Shown piece after piece: positions 35,798-48,299 of a stretch of 64,000 nucleotides of DNA (the first letter of the stretch is position 1; every line of letters begins with the position of its first letter). The notes under the pieces are model-generated. The model searched no databases. It was not told the DNA's origin and worked only from the letters and a program-made list of their open reading frames with translations. This DNA is from Isurus oxyrinchus (taxonomy: Eukaryota): contig JANJGN010000042.1 in the NCBI GenBank assembly GCA_026770705.1, positions 2,170,001 to 2,234,000 on the forward strand, given 5' to 3'. The translations under genes and the position numbers were made by a program.

Positions 35798-38700
35798 TTT
35801 GACCTAGTGGCCATTGGTAAAACCCCCATCTCTTTCATCATAAACTGCACTCTCTATAGCGTGATGGAGAATTGAGAGTTTAATTTGAGTCCATTTTACT
35901 TTGGAAATAGGTTCAGACTTCGTGACCTGCTGAGAAACCTATAAGTCCACACCTGGGCTGTGTAATTAGCCTGCCATGTGTGCAGGAGAGAATGCACCTA
36001 CTGTCCAACCTGCTGAGTTTCTAGTGGCTCTATGCAGATCAAGCGATGCGGCTTAATTGGTTAATCACCATTTAGATCCAGGTTCACTCACACGTTCCAC
36101 CAATAAAGGCATAATTGCATTCAGATACAGTAAGAGCAAGAAGAGATCTACTGCCCCTCCTCAATACTGTCTCATACAATCACACCGGTGAGTAGCTGTT
36201 ACCCACTCCCAATGACTTCAATCTTCCATTTCACTTGGTGACTCATTGACACAGCGATACCAAAGAGTGGACCTGCAACAGTCCGGGCTGTGGCCAGGCG
36301 TTACTTTCTGCTTATGCACTAGAGTATTCACATTGATAAGAGGTCAAATATCTCTTTGGCGTTTCTGTGGGATTTCAACCAGCAAATATCACTGCGAAAG
36401 GGATATCATGCACCTGTTCCAGCTCTGAGAAGGGCTGTGCATAGTTGCCCTTCACAATGAGACACGAACGTCCTTGAGTAATGGGGGGAGGGCACTGGAA
36501 TATATAGATATATTTTTTCAGAATATCTCTTAGAGAGAAAAAAATGCCTGATCTATAATTTACATCATTATATGACTCTAGAAAAAGAGGATATAGAACG
36601 TTTTGAAAATTGACTCATGGGAATTTGAAGTCGTTCCTGTGCTGTAAGTTCACTATTGTGTCACATAGTTTGAGCTATCGAAGTCTTAGAGCAATTTCGG
36701 GCCTCAATTAGTTGCTTATCGAAAATATTACAATAGCTTCCAGAAAGAACCTGAATTGGCATCAAATTTGCAAACACAAAAATAGTTTCAAGCCCCTGGA
36801 AGAGTAACGATTGGTGTTTGGAATTAAAATTATTCTAGGATTTATCCAGTTTACTCTATTTATTTTTGAGTGACATGAGTTGAAAGATGCTGTTCAGAGT
36901 CCGGAGATTTGCAAGCATTTTTAAATTATATAAATTGAGGATTTCCCTCACCATCCATTGCTCCTTGTTCATGCCTCTACTGGTATCTTCTATTTAACTA
37001 ACTTAGCCAGCCGTCACGTGTAGCTAATTGTGGACACAGATGTGACTGGTAACTGATCAGTCACTGGACCAAAGAGTAATAGATAGTCGTTGAGCATGTG
37101 ACCTTGATATTCATCACCAAGCGGTGCATAAAAGATCAACTTAACACTGTTGTCTGATTGCCTTCTGAAATGTTAGGCATAAAAGCCTGTGTTTGGGGAT
37201 CCTTATGGCCTTGGTAACTGCTTGAATGTAAACGTTTGTTAAGTGAATATGAACCTGAACTGTTTGAGGGAACAACTGCAGCGCCACCACTAGCGATACA
37301 CGGTGGAGGTGGTATCACGGGTGTATGAGCAATGTTTACTCCCCTCCTCCTTGCACCCTGACAGTGTTGTTGGGTTCTCCATTTTGATAGACTGTGCATT
37401 AATAAAATAAGTCAAAATAGCAGCCAATGTTCTTCCAGTTTGTCCGCTTCTATTTCCATTTAAAACGACATTAAATATATACAGATACATACATGTTGAT
37501 TTCAAAATGCATGTGGTTGTGTGGGTACGTGCATGCTTGCGTGTGTGCAAGCGCGCCTTTGTGTGTACGCGTGTGTGTTTGTTTGTGTAGCCTCTTTGAC
37601 AAGTGTCTGTGCGCATGCCTGCCTGTGTTATTATAGTTCAGAGCTTCAACATTTTTTTTTTGACCAAGAGTCTGTTTATCTCCGCCTTGATGCCAGGTCA
37701 TTTTAATCTGGCTCTTTCTATGCAAGGAGGTGCGAATGTGACACATAAGTTTTCGTTTAACGTTGTGTGGTCTACGGTTAAACTATGTCATCAAATAGCA
37801 GATGACAAGATTCACTGGAGCAGGAAGCATGACTTATGCTGCCTGAGAGTAACTGAGAGCTGTTAATTACCTTTGATCATAGATCCGTTGGTTTCTCTGA
37901 CAATAAACTAAGAAGCGGGTATCCAATGACTCCTCCAGCTTGCAGCAGTTATAATCATTCAAAGGATTTCATTACAATTATTTAACTTCCTTAACTTCTC
38001 CTTGCGCTTTTAGAACATAAAAAAATAAACATCTTACTGATTGGAGAATGCTTAGAGGCCTGATTCTTTGTTCCAAATTTCTGTGAATTTCATGCTGTAC
38101 GAGTGAAATTTTAACAGAGCAGAAGTTGAAAATTCAAAAGACCTTTACATCTCCTGGATCTTCATCAAGCATCGTAAATACAGGGAAAGAAAAAATCACG
38201 TTTATATCTCTTTCTTAAGATGTTATTTAAACAGATTCTGTATTTTCCTCTAACTCTATCACTAGATTAAAGGAGTGACTATTCTTCACTAGATATGCCC
38301 TTGTCGTTAAGCATCCTGGGACACTCTGAACTATTGAAAGACTTTATATAATTTCAGAAGGTGCTGTCTCCCAGTAACTATGAATGAATAATGAGATGGA
38401 ATTGTGAAATGAATGTACAGCTTCTTTCCACTAATTGTCAGTTTCTATGCCTGTTTCCCTTTCCCTTGTCTAGGACTCTCCTTCAATTTATCTCTGTCTA
38501 TTTGACTCTGTCTCTATCCTTAACTCTTTTTTTTTTTCTCATTTGCTCGCCTTGATCTCTCTGTGTGATGAATATTCTCGCTCTCGCTCTGGTTAATTAG
38601 GCCAGGATTGTTTCTAGATCGATTATTGCTCTGACATGGAATTCATAGCTGTGCAATGGATTAGCTTCGATTCAATACAATGAAGACTAAATCCATCCCT

Positions 38701-39084
38701 CACTTTTGATTCGGTACTCGGAGGAACATAGTGTTTTTTTGAGTTGCCATTTTGTATCTATAGCTCTCTGTCCGTCTTCGAATTAAATACGTACAGAGAG
38801 AAAGGGAAGAGCCAAAAATATGCAGGAGAACAATGTCTTTATGTTTTTTTTCTCAGTTCAAACTGGTTAATAACAAAGACTAATCAACAGTGTTTGTGAA
38901 GCCGTCGCAAGAGGTTTGGATAAGGAATGTAACGAAGCTTTGCTGCAAATATAGAAGATGTTGTTAACAACACATTTGGAGAACTGTGCTCAGTTTTGGT
39001 CCACCTAACTGGGGCTGGGTAGCTCTGCCATAGATTGGTGCAACCAGATTCACCAGTCTCATTACAGCACGGAGCCGGAAAGGA

Positions 39085-39250
39085 GGGGAGGGGGGCGCTG
39101 TGGTGGCGGGGTTGGGGGGGGGGGGGTGCGGAATGGTGGGGGCGGGGAGGGAGGCATTCGACATACACAGTCTTTGCCGGACCTCCGGAGAGCAAACAAG
39201 TCAGATCAGCAATATCATCTTCATCTTCTTCGTCTTCTTCTTCATCATCA
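39085..39250 (+). repeat. G-run cluster followed by a (TCT/TCA)n trinucleotide tract
   Basis: Multiple G>=4 runs at 39085-39150, including a G13 run. (TCW/TCG)n at 39215-39250. Confidence 0.8.
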
Positions 39251-39269
39251 TGAGAAACGAATCAGCCTG

Positions 39270-39520
39270 AACCTATCAGGGTCAAGGTGTCTGGTTTAAA
39301 TTTCAAACAATTCTTGGCAGTAAACTGTCCTTCGCCATAGGTGGTGCATTATTCAGGAAAATGCCACTTGCCAACCAATCATCATTCTCCTCACATACAG
39401 TATAAATTGTGCTCCCCCCTCCCATGTATTTTTATTCTTGTGAGTTTCCAGATGAGTGCAGGGTGATAAGCTGAGACCTGTCTCTTCTTCAGAAATACTC
39501 AAGTTCTGTCCGAGCAAAAA
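39270..39520 (+). mobile_element. Penelope-like pseudo-LTR relic upstream of V1
   Basis: ctggtttaaatttcaaacaa..cttggcagtaaactgtc...ccaaccaatca.ca.tctc...ccagatgagtgcagg, similar to the reverse complement of 23260-23450 and to 16040-16300. Confidence 0.55.
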
Positions 39521-39986
39521 CCGAAGTGTATTCTTTCTGCATTGAATAACAATGCGCAGTGTTGATTGTTATATGAGTGTCCATGACACCAATGTTATAT
39601 TGGTGTCCATCACACAACTTGCATCTGGTAAGGAACAGCATTTATTGGAGTCAATGAAATATTAAAGATCAATTGTGTCTATTAACTAACAAATGCCATT
39701 GATGTACCTCGATATTGAGGCCGGGCTATAGATATGAATTTGGATTTTTTAAAATTTTGATTCGTTGCCTTTGTTTGTCTGCCCCACCCCTGCCAGCATC
39801 GCACCTATCGGCTGCTGGAAGACATCAAACTGAGGAAACTTCCATTTGCAATTTTTGTGTTGTTTATAAATCTCGGAGCCATACTCATGTGCAGCTAAAC
39901 GTGGTGGTAGGATGTAACAAATGTCTTGAATATACATCACATACTTCCGTACAACATGGAATTCTGACACAGGATACAACTTCAAC

Positions 39987-40068
39987 ATGTCTTCTGATCG
40001 CCAGTGTGTCTCCTGGACAAGAATAATATTCGTCAAAGTGTTCCTTTTCCTCATAAATGTTCAACCAA
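39987..40068 (+). CDS. TCR V segment 1, leader exon (MSSDRQCVSWTRIIFVKVFLFLINVQP+A)
   Basis: 82 nt = 27 codons + 1, hydrophobic core, A|GTAAGT donor. Phase 1 matches the V-exon acceptor. Confidence 0.8.
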
Positions 40069-40536
40069 GTAAGTATTTCATGCGATTGTAACGCTTTTAT
40101 TTTGTTAACTGTATTGTTATTTTTCCTCCAATTTTTCTTCACTCCATTGGTGAGGTCAGCTTCCTCGACTTCGCTCACTGGTCAGTGAGTGTTCGTACAT
40201 TATCTAAATTAGTCACAAGCTGACCTGTCACTGTCTCAGTGGGCCGGAGAAGGGCTTCTCTATTTCCTGCAGAAATGGTAGCCTTGGTTGAACACTGCCA
40301 GAAGGAAATTATACCGATGATGGCCTGGGATCAGTTAACTGAGGGGTGAAATCGCTGAAGCTCCCTGTTTTTGTTGTTGTCTTCACACTCGAAATGCAGT
40401 CAACCGTTGTATTGAAGGGAATGATTTAACGTGAGCTCGTGTGTGTGCGCGTGTGTGTGTGCATTGGAAAGCCTATTTCGTCCAAATGAAAAAAATCTAA
40501 AAGTTGCATTGATAACATTCTGTTATTGTTTTCCAG

Positions 40537-40844
40537 AATGCGGCCAACAGGAGAGACTTTCCCAAACACCCTCAATTGTAGCAGTGAGTGAAGGTGATAC
40601 TGCGGTGTTGTCATGTATCTACCCAGCGACATACACAGCTGCTTACCTATTCTGGTACGTACAGTACTCGGGAAAAGGCCTTCAGTATATGCTGCTCAGA
40701 CACACGGCTGGGAATGAAGAGAATGCACCAGCTTTTGCAAAGCGCTTTTCAGCCATACAGGATAGGAGCAACACAAACATCCCTTTGAACATCACAGACA
40801 CCCAGCTCTCTGACTCAGCCGTGTGTTACTGCGCGGCTATGAAG
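40537..40844 (+). CDS. T-cell receptor alpha/delta-type V exon, germline, open reading frame
   Basis: ttttccAG acceptor. ERLSQTPSIVAVSEGDTAVLSC IY..YLFWYVQYSGKGLQYML..RFSA..IPLNITDTQLSDSAVCYCAAMK has both canonical Cys and the Trp of a V-set domain. LFWY.Q and LSDSAV.YCA are TRAV/TRDV-like. Followed by an RSS. Confidence 0.92.
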
Positions 40845-40883
40845 CACCACGTTACATAAATCCTTACCACTGGTACAAAAACT
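40845..40883 (+). other. 23-spacer recombination signal sequence of V1
   Basis: CACCACG (40845-40851) + 23 nt + ACAAAAACT (40875-40883). Consensus is CACAGTG / ACAAAAACC. Confidence 0.8.
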
Positions 40884-40959
40884 ATCAGCTCCAGTTGTTG
40901 TAAATTCTCTGAATTCCCTGCTTCAATCAGCCGTCACACTGCTGTTATTCCTTTACAGA

Positions 40960-41185
40960 TTTGTGGATCAGTGGTGGCACTCTGGCCTCAGAATCAGAAA
41001 ATGTTATTTTAAGTCCTAGTCCGGAGATTGCGTTTTTAATGTAGACTGGCATTTCGGTGTACAACTGTGGGAGCTTTCGAATGTATTGTACTGAAGCACG
41101 GTTTGCTTTCTCTGTTACACATAAATGATGGCATATTTCAAGAAGGGCATTGCTGGTCTCCCAGTGCCCTGAATTAATACTTCAT
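40960..41185 (+). mobile_element. tRNA-derived SINE relic (Deu-SINE-like); related minus-strand relics at ~2015-2135 and ~3925-4055
   Basis: A-box-like gtggatcagtggtggcactctggcctcagaatcagaa, degraded B-box ttaagtcctagtcc, and tail ctcccagtgccctg. Family name is from recall. Confidence 0.5.
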
Positions 41186-43447
41186 GCCGGCAGAGCAGCA
41201 GACTCCATCTGAACATGACTTTAATGGTGGAATGTGTTGTCAACATTGGGAAGGGACAAAGATGAAGAAACTACAACCATTTGCATGCGTTTATTCGGAC
41301 AGCAGGCACGTTCTGTTGAAGAGTCATGCGGACTCGAAACAATAACTGTGTTCCTCCTAGCAGATGCTGTCAGAAAAGCTGAGGTTTTTAGATGTATTTT
41401 TATTTTTGATTTCGTTTAATACAAATGCGGCTCATCCCACCATTTGACAGCGAACACACGGTCTGCAGATTCAACATCAATATCTATTGTATAAAATGGC
41501 AAACTGCATTTGATATTCACAAGTCTATAACTTGGTACTCCGCGGCATATCTGTGTGTGCAGGAATGGACAGTGTTAAAGTCACACGGATTCTGCTCAAT
41601 AACAGAACAGTTGTGGTGTATCAGTTGTGGGCTACAACATTCAGTTGTGACAGTGAAAACTTCACATTACATATTGAAGAATTTCGATAGGAGGAATAGA
41701 GATAGGAATGCTGGAATGGAAGAACGAAATCAGGAAGGGGAGAGGAAGGATGAAGTTAGGAAGGTGAGTAGGATGGAAGGGAGGAAACTATAGATCTGCC
41801 TGATCTGTTGGTGAGCATCTATTCTCAACCAATATAATAAAAAGGGGTGATATCGTCAGGATCATATTGCTGCTTTTTGGGAGCTTGCTGGGCTAAAGTT
41901 TCCTGACGTGCTTCCTAAATTTATTTTATTTATTTCATAGGATGTCGGCATCGCTGGCAAGACCTGCATAAGCTGTCCATTCCTAAATGTCACTGAGCTG
42001 AATGGCTTGTTAGGGTGTTTCATCAAAGGGCAGTCATCAATCAATCTGGAGTCACATAGAGGCCAGACCAGGTAATGGCGACAGATTTCCTTCCCTGAAA
42101 GATATGAGTGAACCACATGGGTTTTGTGACAATCACTGATAATTCACAGACACGATCATTGAAATGAATTCTCGTTTCAGATTTTGTTAAGTTAATTTTA
42201 CCAGCTTTCCGTGGTGGAATTTGAATATGCATCCTCCAAAGATGAGCCTGAATCTCTGAATAATTACTCTAGTGACATTGCTAATAAGCCATTGTCTGCT
42301 CTCTAAGAGGTGATGTTGCACGGCGTAACTTTACATGTAAAGTACTTAAAGAGCAGCCTTGGTTTCATGTTTTGCAGGAAAACATTCCCCACCCCCTTGT
42401 CTGTTCCGATCCTAATTCATGTCCTTTATTTAAAAAAAAATTCTATAATCAGTTCCCTAGAAATGTACTTGGAGAGTGAACAAGTGGTGTCACCAGTGTT
42501 TTCAAATGTTGACTCATTTTCTATGAAAGTTTTGTCTCATAGAATTGCCCTACTTTCCATTCAGCCTTTTTCTTCTGTCATCACTCAGTTGGAGATAAGG
42601 AGCCGCCGTTAGAGCCGGAAATGCACCTGTCTCGTTCTGTCCCACCTTGTACCGCAACTGTCACTCCCAGGTTACAGCAGCAGCGAGAAGCGTCACCTCA
42701 CGAGGTGATTTTAACATAACCTCAACAGTTAAAAATGCCCACGTGTGTTTTACGTCTCATGGAGGCTTTGCTGTGGCAAAAGCGATATCATTAGAATTTC
42801 ATTGCCTATGCAAATTATTGCACTTGTTAATGTCACAGAAGGAAGTAAAATACAAAGTATCGTTTTGATAAGCAGTTGGTAACAAATAATGTAACAGAAT
42901 TGTCCAAAGGGGAAACGTTTTATTTATATGTCCCTTGTTTATTTTTTGTGAAATCCAGGCAGGACTCTAATATCCTGGTGCCTCTAATTGAACTCAAACA
43001 AAAAAACAAAGGTTCAATATTTACAAAATATTCCCTGCAAGTTAATGACTTCTGCCACGTTCTGTGACACGCTATATTATATACAATACGTTGGTGAACT
43101 TCAATGTACTTGGTGAAATTCAATCGTAATTTCCAGCTGTTAGTCATTGCAACAAGTTCACACTTGCGTCGAGAGTGAATAATCTAAATTTGATGCTGTA
43201 AAAATATATTGCTTCCTTCCCTCTGAATAAACTCGTTATCCTGTTTGGATTTTTGATGCTTGCAGCTTTGTCGATTGTAACGTTTCCTTTCTCATTGCCT
43301 GGAGAATCGTAGCCCTGGTTAACCGCAAAGATTGAACATTACGACATATCAGTGGGGACACAAGAAGGGAACAACAATCCTCAATGCGGCTAGTTTCAGA
43401 GGTCAATTTGTGCCATTTTCTCTAGGTTACTATGTTAATACACGTTA

Positions 43448-43940
43448 ATGAGAGCTGCAGTGCGCTTACTCCTTTTCGGTGCCGTATTTGGAGCATTTAT
43501 CACGGGTAAGTATTAGTGGAAGTATTTTTGAACCAAACGTAACAGCACTTTAAAAATGGGTTAGCTTTTGATTTTATTTTCGATTTAAAGCTGGCCTGAC
43601 TCAGGAAATCTCTGTGACACAACACCTCCTGACAGTGCTTTGGACAAAAGGAGGCATTACAACTTCAGAATGCTTCTATTTCAGTACCAAGGGTTCCTTC
43701 CGCTTATTCTGGGTCTTGCAATAACCGGGCAAATAATTACAAATTCTACTTCGCAAGATTTCGGCTGGTTACCAAATGAGAGCACATTCTGCTCGAAGCC
43801 TTTTCTCGTCTGTACTGGTCACTACGAATACCATCATTATCTTAAAATTCTCCAAACTGCGGCTCTCTGACGCAGCCTATGTATTACTACGTATTGACGC
43901 TCGCAGCGATTGGAACCAGCCCGATAATCGTACAATAACT
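43448..43940 (+). pseudogene. TCR V segment 2 pseudogene: leader 43448-43505, intron, V exon 43591-43901, RSS 43902-43940
   Basis: Leader MRAAVRLLLFGAVFGAFIT+G|GTAAGT, 85-nt intron, aaAG|. V exon (A)GLTQEISVTQHLLTVLWTKGGITTSECFYFSTKGSFRLFWVLQ*PGK*LQILL..FSS..LKFSKLRLSDAA(+1)MYYYVLT. RSS CGCAGCG + 23 nt + ACAATAACT. Confidence 0.9.
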
Positions 43941-46599
43941 TGGTTGGCCCATGTGACTTGGAGGTAAGCTCTCATTGCGACTGTGGAACCTGGTAGTGAG
44001 AAGAACAGCACTCGCTATACGGTGTGCTGTCAGGGTCACAGGACAAATATAATATAGCGGTTCAGATAAATATTTGCAAACGGTACCAAAGCCTCAAATG
44101 TACCAATATGGCTTATAGAGTGGAATGAGTTAGATTTAATTTCCCAGTTATCGATCCAAACATGAAAGTCATATTTCTCTGGTGCATCTCTAGTGAAATG
44201 GTAAAGAAAGGCTTCAGCAAGGACAGGATTTACATTATAGTGATTTTTTTAAAAAAACTTTGTCGATGATGTGAGTTTCAGTGAGTAGCGCACAGTTTCA
44301 TAGAAAGCATTTCCAAGAGGTTAAGGTAGATCAGTTCAATCAAGGGCAGATTTCTTTGCTTGGGAGGTCACTTTGCTTACTATAGATATGTCAGGAATGA
44401 GCTAGTCTTCATCTCTCTTGGTTATGTGGTAACCTTCAGCTCCATACGGTAGACCCTCAGAAAATGCCTCTATCGAGGCAGGTGACATAAGAAATGCGGG
44501 GAGTCCCTGTTGGGCGCTGTAATTGTCTTCCGTTGAATGATTAGATTGGCAGTTCAGCCAAAGGCAAAGTCTTTTGAGCGATCCTTGCTAAAGCTGATTT
44601 TCTTTCGCAGCTAAATCGGGAGAAGTAATGGGCTGGAACACGTAACATGTAATAAGAGAGAAAGTAACGTTCAAAGAGTTGATATTAGGGCAGGTACGAA
44701 TCAGCCATTCCTGTTCAACCAGGGAGCTGTAATAGGAATTCGCCAGAAACTTGTGTTTCCCGAAATGCTCTATTAAATGTAAAGGATGAATAAAATCGTT
44801 CTGCAATTTCAAACTTTCAAAGCGTCGAAACTACACCTGAGCTCAGAAAAGAAAATGTCATTGCCAAACCGATGACTAATTTCACAGCTATTCTAAAATT
44901 CATACCGTTAAGATTGTTAATGATGCGTTTTTGCTCATGAAAACATCAGAAACAACTGGAGACGGATTTCACCCGAATTTAATGATACATCACAAACAAT
45001 GGCAATAATATTGAAACCCATAAATTTAAAATGCATTATGTTAAAACGTCATGACATATGTTTTCATACTTAGTTTGTTTATCCTATATCTGCCTTCATA
45101 GATATTATATTTTAAACCTGCATAAAATGTTTGAAAATCTATATGAGAAATTGTTATCAGTAGTATTTTTCTATGCGTGGGTAATGACCACGAATGCGAA
45201 CATATGGGCTTGAACTTACTAAATTGTCAGATAACTTATAATCTGAACATTAAGGGAGACCATTCACTAAAATTACAACACATCGATAAAAGGAAATGTT
45301 TGCCATATTTGTCACATGTCTCACAAAGGCATCAGGATGAAACACATACCACATATCACCATCCCTGTTCTATTCTAGATGACGAAAACGAGCAGAGAAT
45401 GTTAGAATTAATATTTATCTATCCTATTCATATGGATAAAATAGATCAGATACAGAAGCAAGATGACGTTATTTTGAAACTCCAAGCTCCTTTGTCATTC
45501 GCTAGAATCATGACTAAAATTATTGACTGAAATTCATGGCAACATTTATTTGATTCTCTTTGATTTATCGATTTCTCTCTTGAATACACCTACAGTCCAA
45601 TTGCGGTCGAGATTTCCAATGATTCACAATTCTCTGAGTTTGAACATTTATTGCCACCTCAGCTCTAAATGGCCGATCTCTTACTTAGTATGTAATATAT
45701 TAATTACACCAAAAACACTAAATCTGGACTAGCACCCAGTATTTGACAAGGGTTTAGAGGAAAATCACTCCTCTTGTACGTATTCCTCTATTACGAAATC
45801 TATGGTCCTGAGAAACCATCTCTGTTCATCCTGTGACCTACAAATTTTGGTTTCATTTAATCCCAGGAGCTCTTGCCCCCTGATAAAATCACGCATTTAA
45901 TCCATATTACCTTTCCTCACTATACCTACCAGAATGGATAATTTAATACTTCTCCGAGATAAGTGTGACCTGTTATGTGTCTGTCTATATCGCCAGAATG
46001 TGTCAATTATTTTCCACATCATTAGTGGATTGCATAGCTTCATTGTTTTATCTCTGCCTTTTAGCCTATTTCGATCCCTTCCCTTTACCCCACTCCACCC
46101 CCACTAGGGCTATCTGTACCTTGCTTGTCATGCTTTCTACCCTTAATTAGAACATTCCTTAGATAATATCACCACCTTCAATCCGTCTTTGTCCTTTTGT
46201 CTGTGACATCATTTGGTTATCTCCACCTATCACTGGCCCTCTATCCAGCTCTACCTGTTCCCCATCCCCCCGACACCCCACTTAATCCAGCTTATATTTC
46301 ACCTCTCTTCTATTTTTACTTAGTTCTGTTGAAGAGTCATACGTACTCGGAACATTAAATGTGTTCCTCTCCACAGAGGCTGCCATACCTGCTGAGTTTT
46401 TCCAGGTATTTTTTATTTGTGTTACCTAAATCTGTATTCCTCCTTCCCCTTGCAGTAAGCAACAGCAATCCATTTGCCATCCACATCAATTGTTGCATCT
46501 GGATTCCAGCTTTCCTTTTGTTATTCATGTAGCAGAACACAAAGCTCCCTCTGTACAGAAGAATTCTGCAATATCTTTCAATTTAAATATAATTGTGCT

Positions 46600-47400
46600 T
46601 TTTGTTCTCCACTATCCTGCCAAGTGGACATCGCAACAGTTCCATGTGCCCTAAATTCCCACTTAATTAACAGTCCCTCTGTATCCTCACTGACCATTCG
46701 TTCATCAGTTCCCATGTTTCTGAAATTTAATTTCATGATTGCTCCAAATGTATCCTTCCTGACCAATGCATTAAGAGCCCCATAGGCCTGGGCTGCCGAT
46801 TCTTTATTAGTCGTCATATATTCTTGCTGACCACGCCATTGTTAGTCCTGGATTTCTGAATGAACCCGTTGTTATCAGTCTCCATATCTCGGATTTTACC
46901 TTGGGATTCTTCGTCTCCATGTAACCTTACTGCCAATTCAATCATCATACAAGTATCCTGACGGACCATAGAATTTTCTGTCATCATATACCCTTATTGA
47001 AAGTTCAGTAGTCTATATTCTTGCATTCACAGAAAACATTTTATTTATGCTCCCCATCTATTCTACTGAGCATTTAATTCTCAGTCCCAAAGTATCCTTC
47101 AAGACCATTGTATTAACGTTTCCCATGCATCATTCCAGGCCATTCGATTGCTTTGCCCCATGTATCCATCCTGATCATTCAATTTTTAATACGCGTATTT
47201 GATCACTGACTTGCTTTATGAATCATCATGCTTAATTACAGGTCACTTCGTTGACAGTTCCCATGTTCCCTTACAGACCATTGCATTTTCAAACCTCATG
47301 TTATTATTAGCCCCTTTGTGTCCTTAATAATTTACGAATTTGCAGTCCCCGTTTATCCATACTAGCCATATATTATCAATTCCCGTTTGTCCTTGATCTG
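46600..47400 (+). repeat. Degenerate ~35-bp minisatellite (roughly 20+ units)
   Basis: Units at 46671/46706 and 47082/47117/47152. Approximate consensus CAGTCCCCATGTATCCTTACTGACCATTCAATTAT. Confidence 0.75.
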
Positions 47401-48299
47401 CCTCTTTCAACTCTGTGAAGTTGTTAGATAATCATTTAATTTGGAAGCCTGATATTGCATGGTAACATGATATCACATGGACACTGATTACCATGTATAT
47501 GAATCTGTTCCATTCAGACTAGTTGCTGTGAGACTGCATTGCTCACCTAATTTGTCTTCCAAAGTTGCTTTTTTAAAGTTATTTTATTCATTTTGGATAA
47601 ATTTACTCTGTTTAGATGGCACGTTATTTTTGATGAACTATAAAATAGAAAATCATGGGATAAAAGCATGAATTCACGTTGTTTGGTCCTTGACTGTAAT
47701 TAATGTAAACCAGTGCGTAGTTGTATTGCCTCAGTAGGGAGTTCCTATGTATTATAAATAGATATTATTTTTGCTGTGAGTACCGGTGTTTAGTTGACTG
47801 TTGTTCACGTTACAAACCATAATCTTTGGATACCACTAACAGTCATATAATTTTCTGGAACCTTCCAATTCGAGTCCAGAAACTTTGGACAATTTATGAT
47901 TTAGAAGAAATTTACTACCCACTCATTGCTACACTAGGTTTGCCAATTGAGTTATCATTTCGTAAGTTACTTATGGACACTGCACTTCACTACACATAAG
48001 CTAATTTACATCAGATTATTATTTGTTTACTGCATAATCCACGTGCTCTGTTTAAGATGCTTGTGAAATGTAATATTTGATCTTTCGCTGATTCTGTCTT
48101 GTATTTCAATAAACATTTTGATTTTCTCATGACCTGCTTCAACTAGCAGTCTCTGAAGTCTTGCACAATATCCATTCATATTTCAGGTCCCTTCAGTTCG
48201 CTTTCTTTCCACCGTCTCCTGCTGTTTCATGTCATGACTGATTCTGGATTGACAGTGTAGATGAAAACCTGTAACACATGTTCTCGTAAAATGTTTATT

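Noticed and set aside
36140-36430. Possible third V segment (G|GTGAGT donor, acAG, DLQQSG..PG peptide)
   Set aside because: No WY/WF.Q or YYC motif, no RSS, and the peptide is out of phase with the splice sites.
40431-40536. ORF-track N-terminal extension of V1
   Set aside because: Intron read-through from a GTG. A proper leader exon exists at 39987-40068.
33848-47400. 31-bp and 35-bp arrays as CRISPR-like or coding repeats
   Set aside because: Contiguous degenerate units without unique spacers, periods not divisible by 3, vertebrate context, no cas genes.
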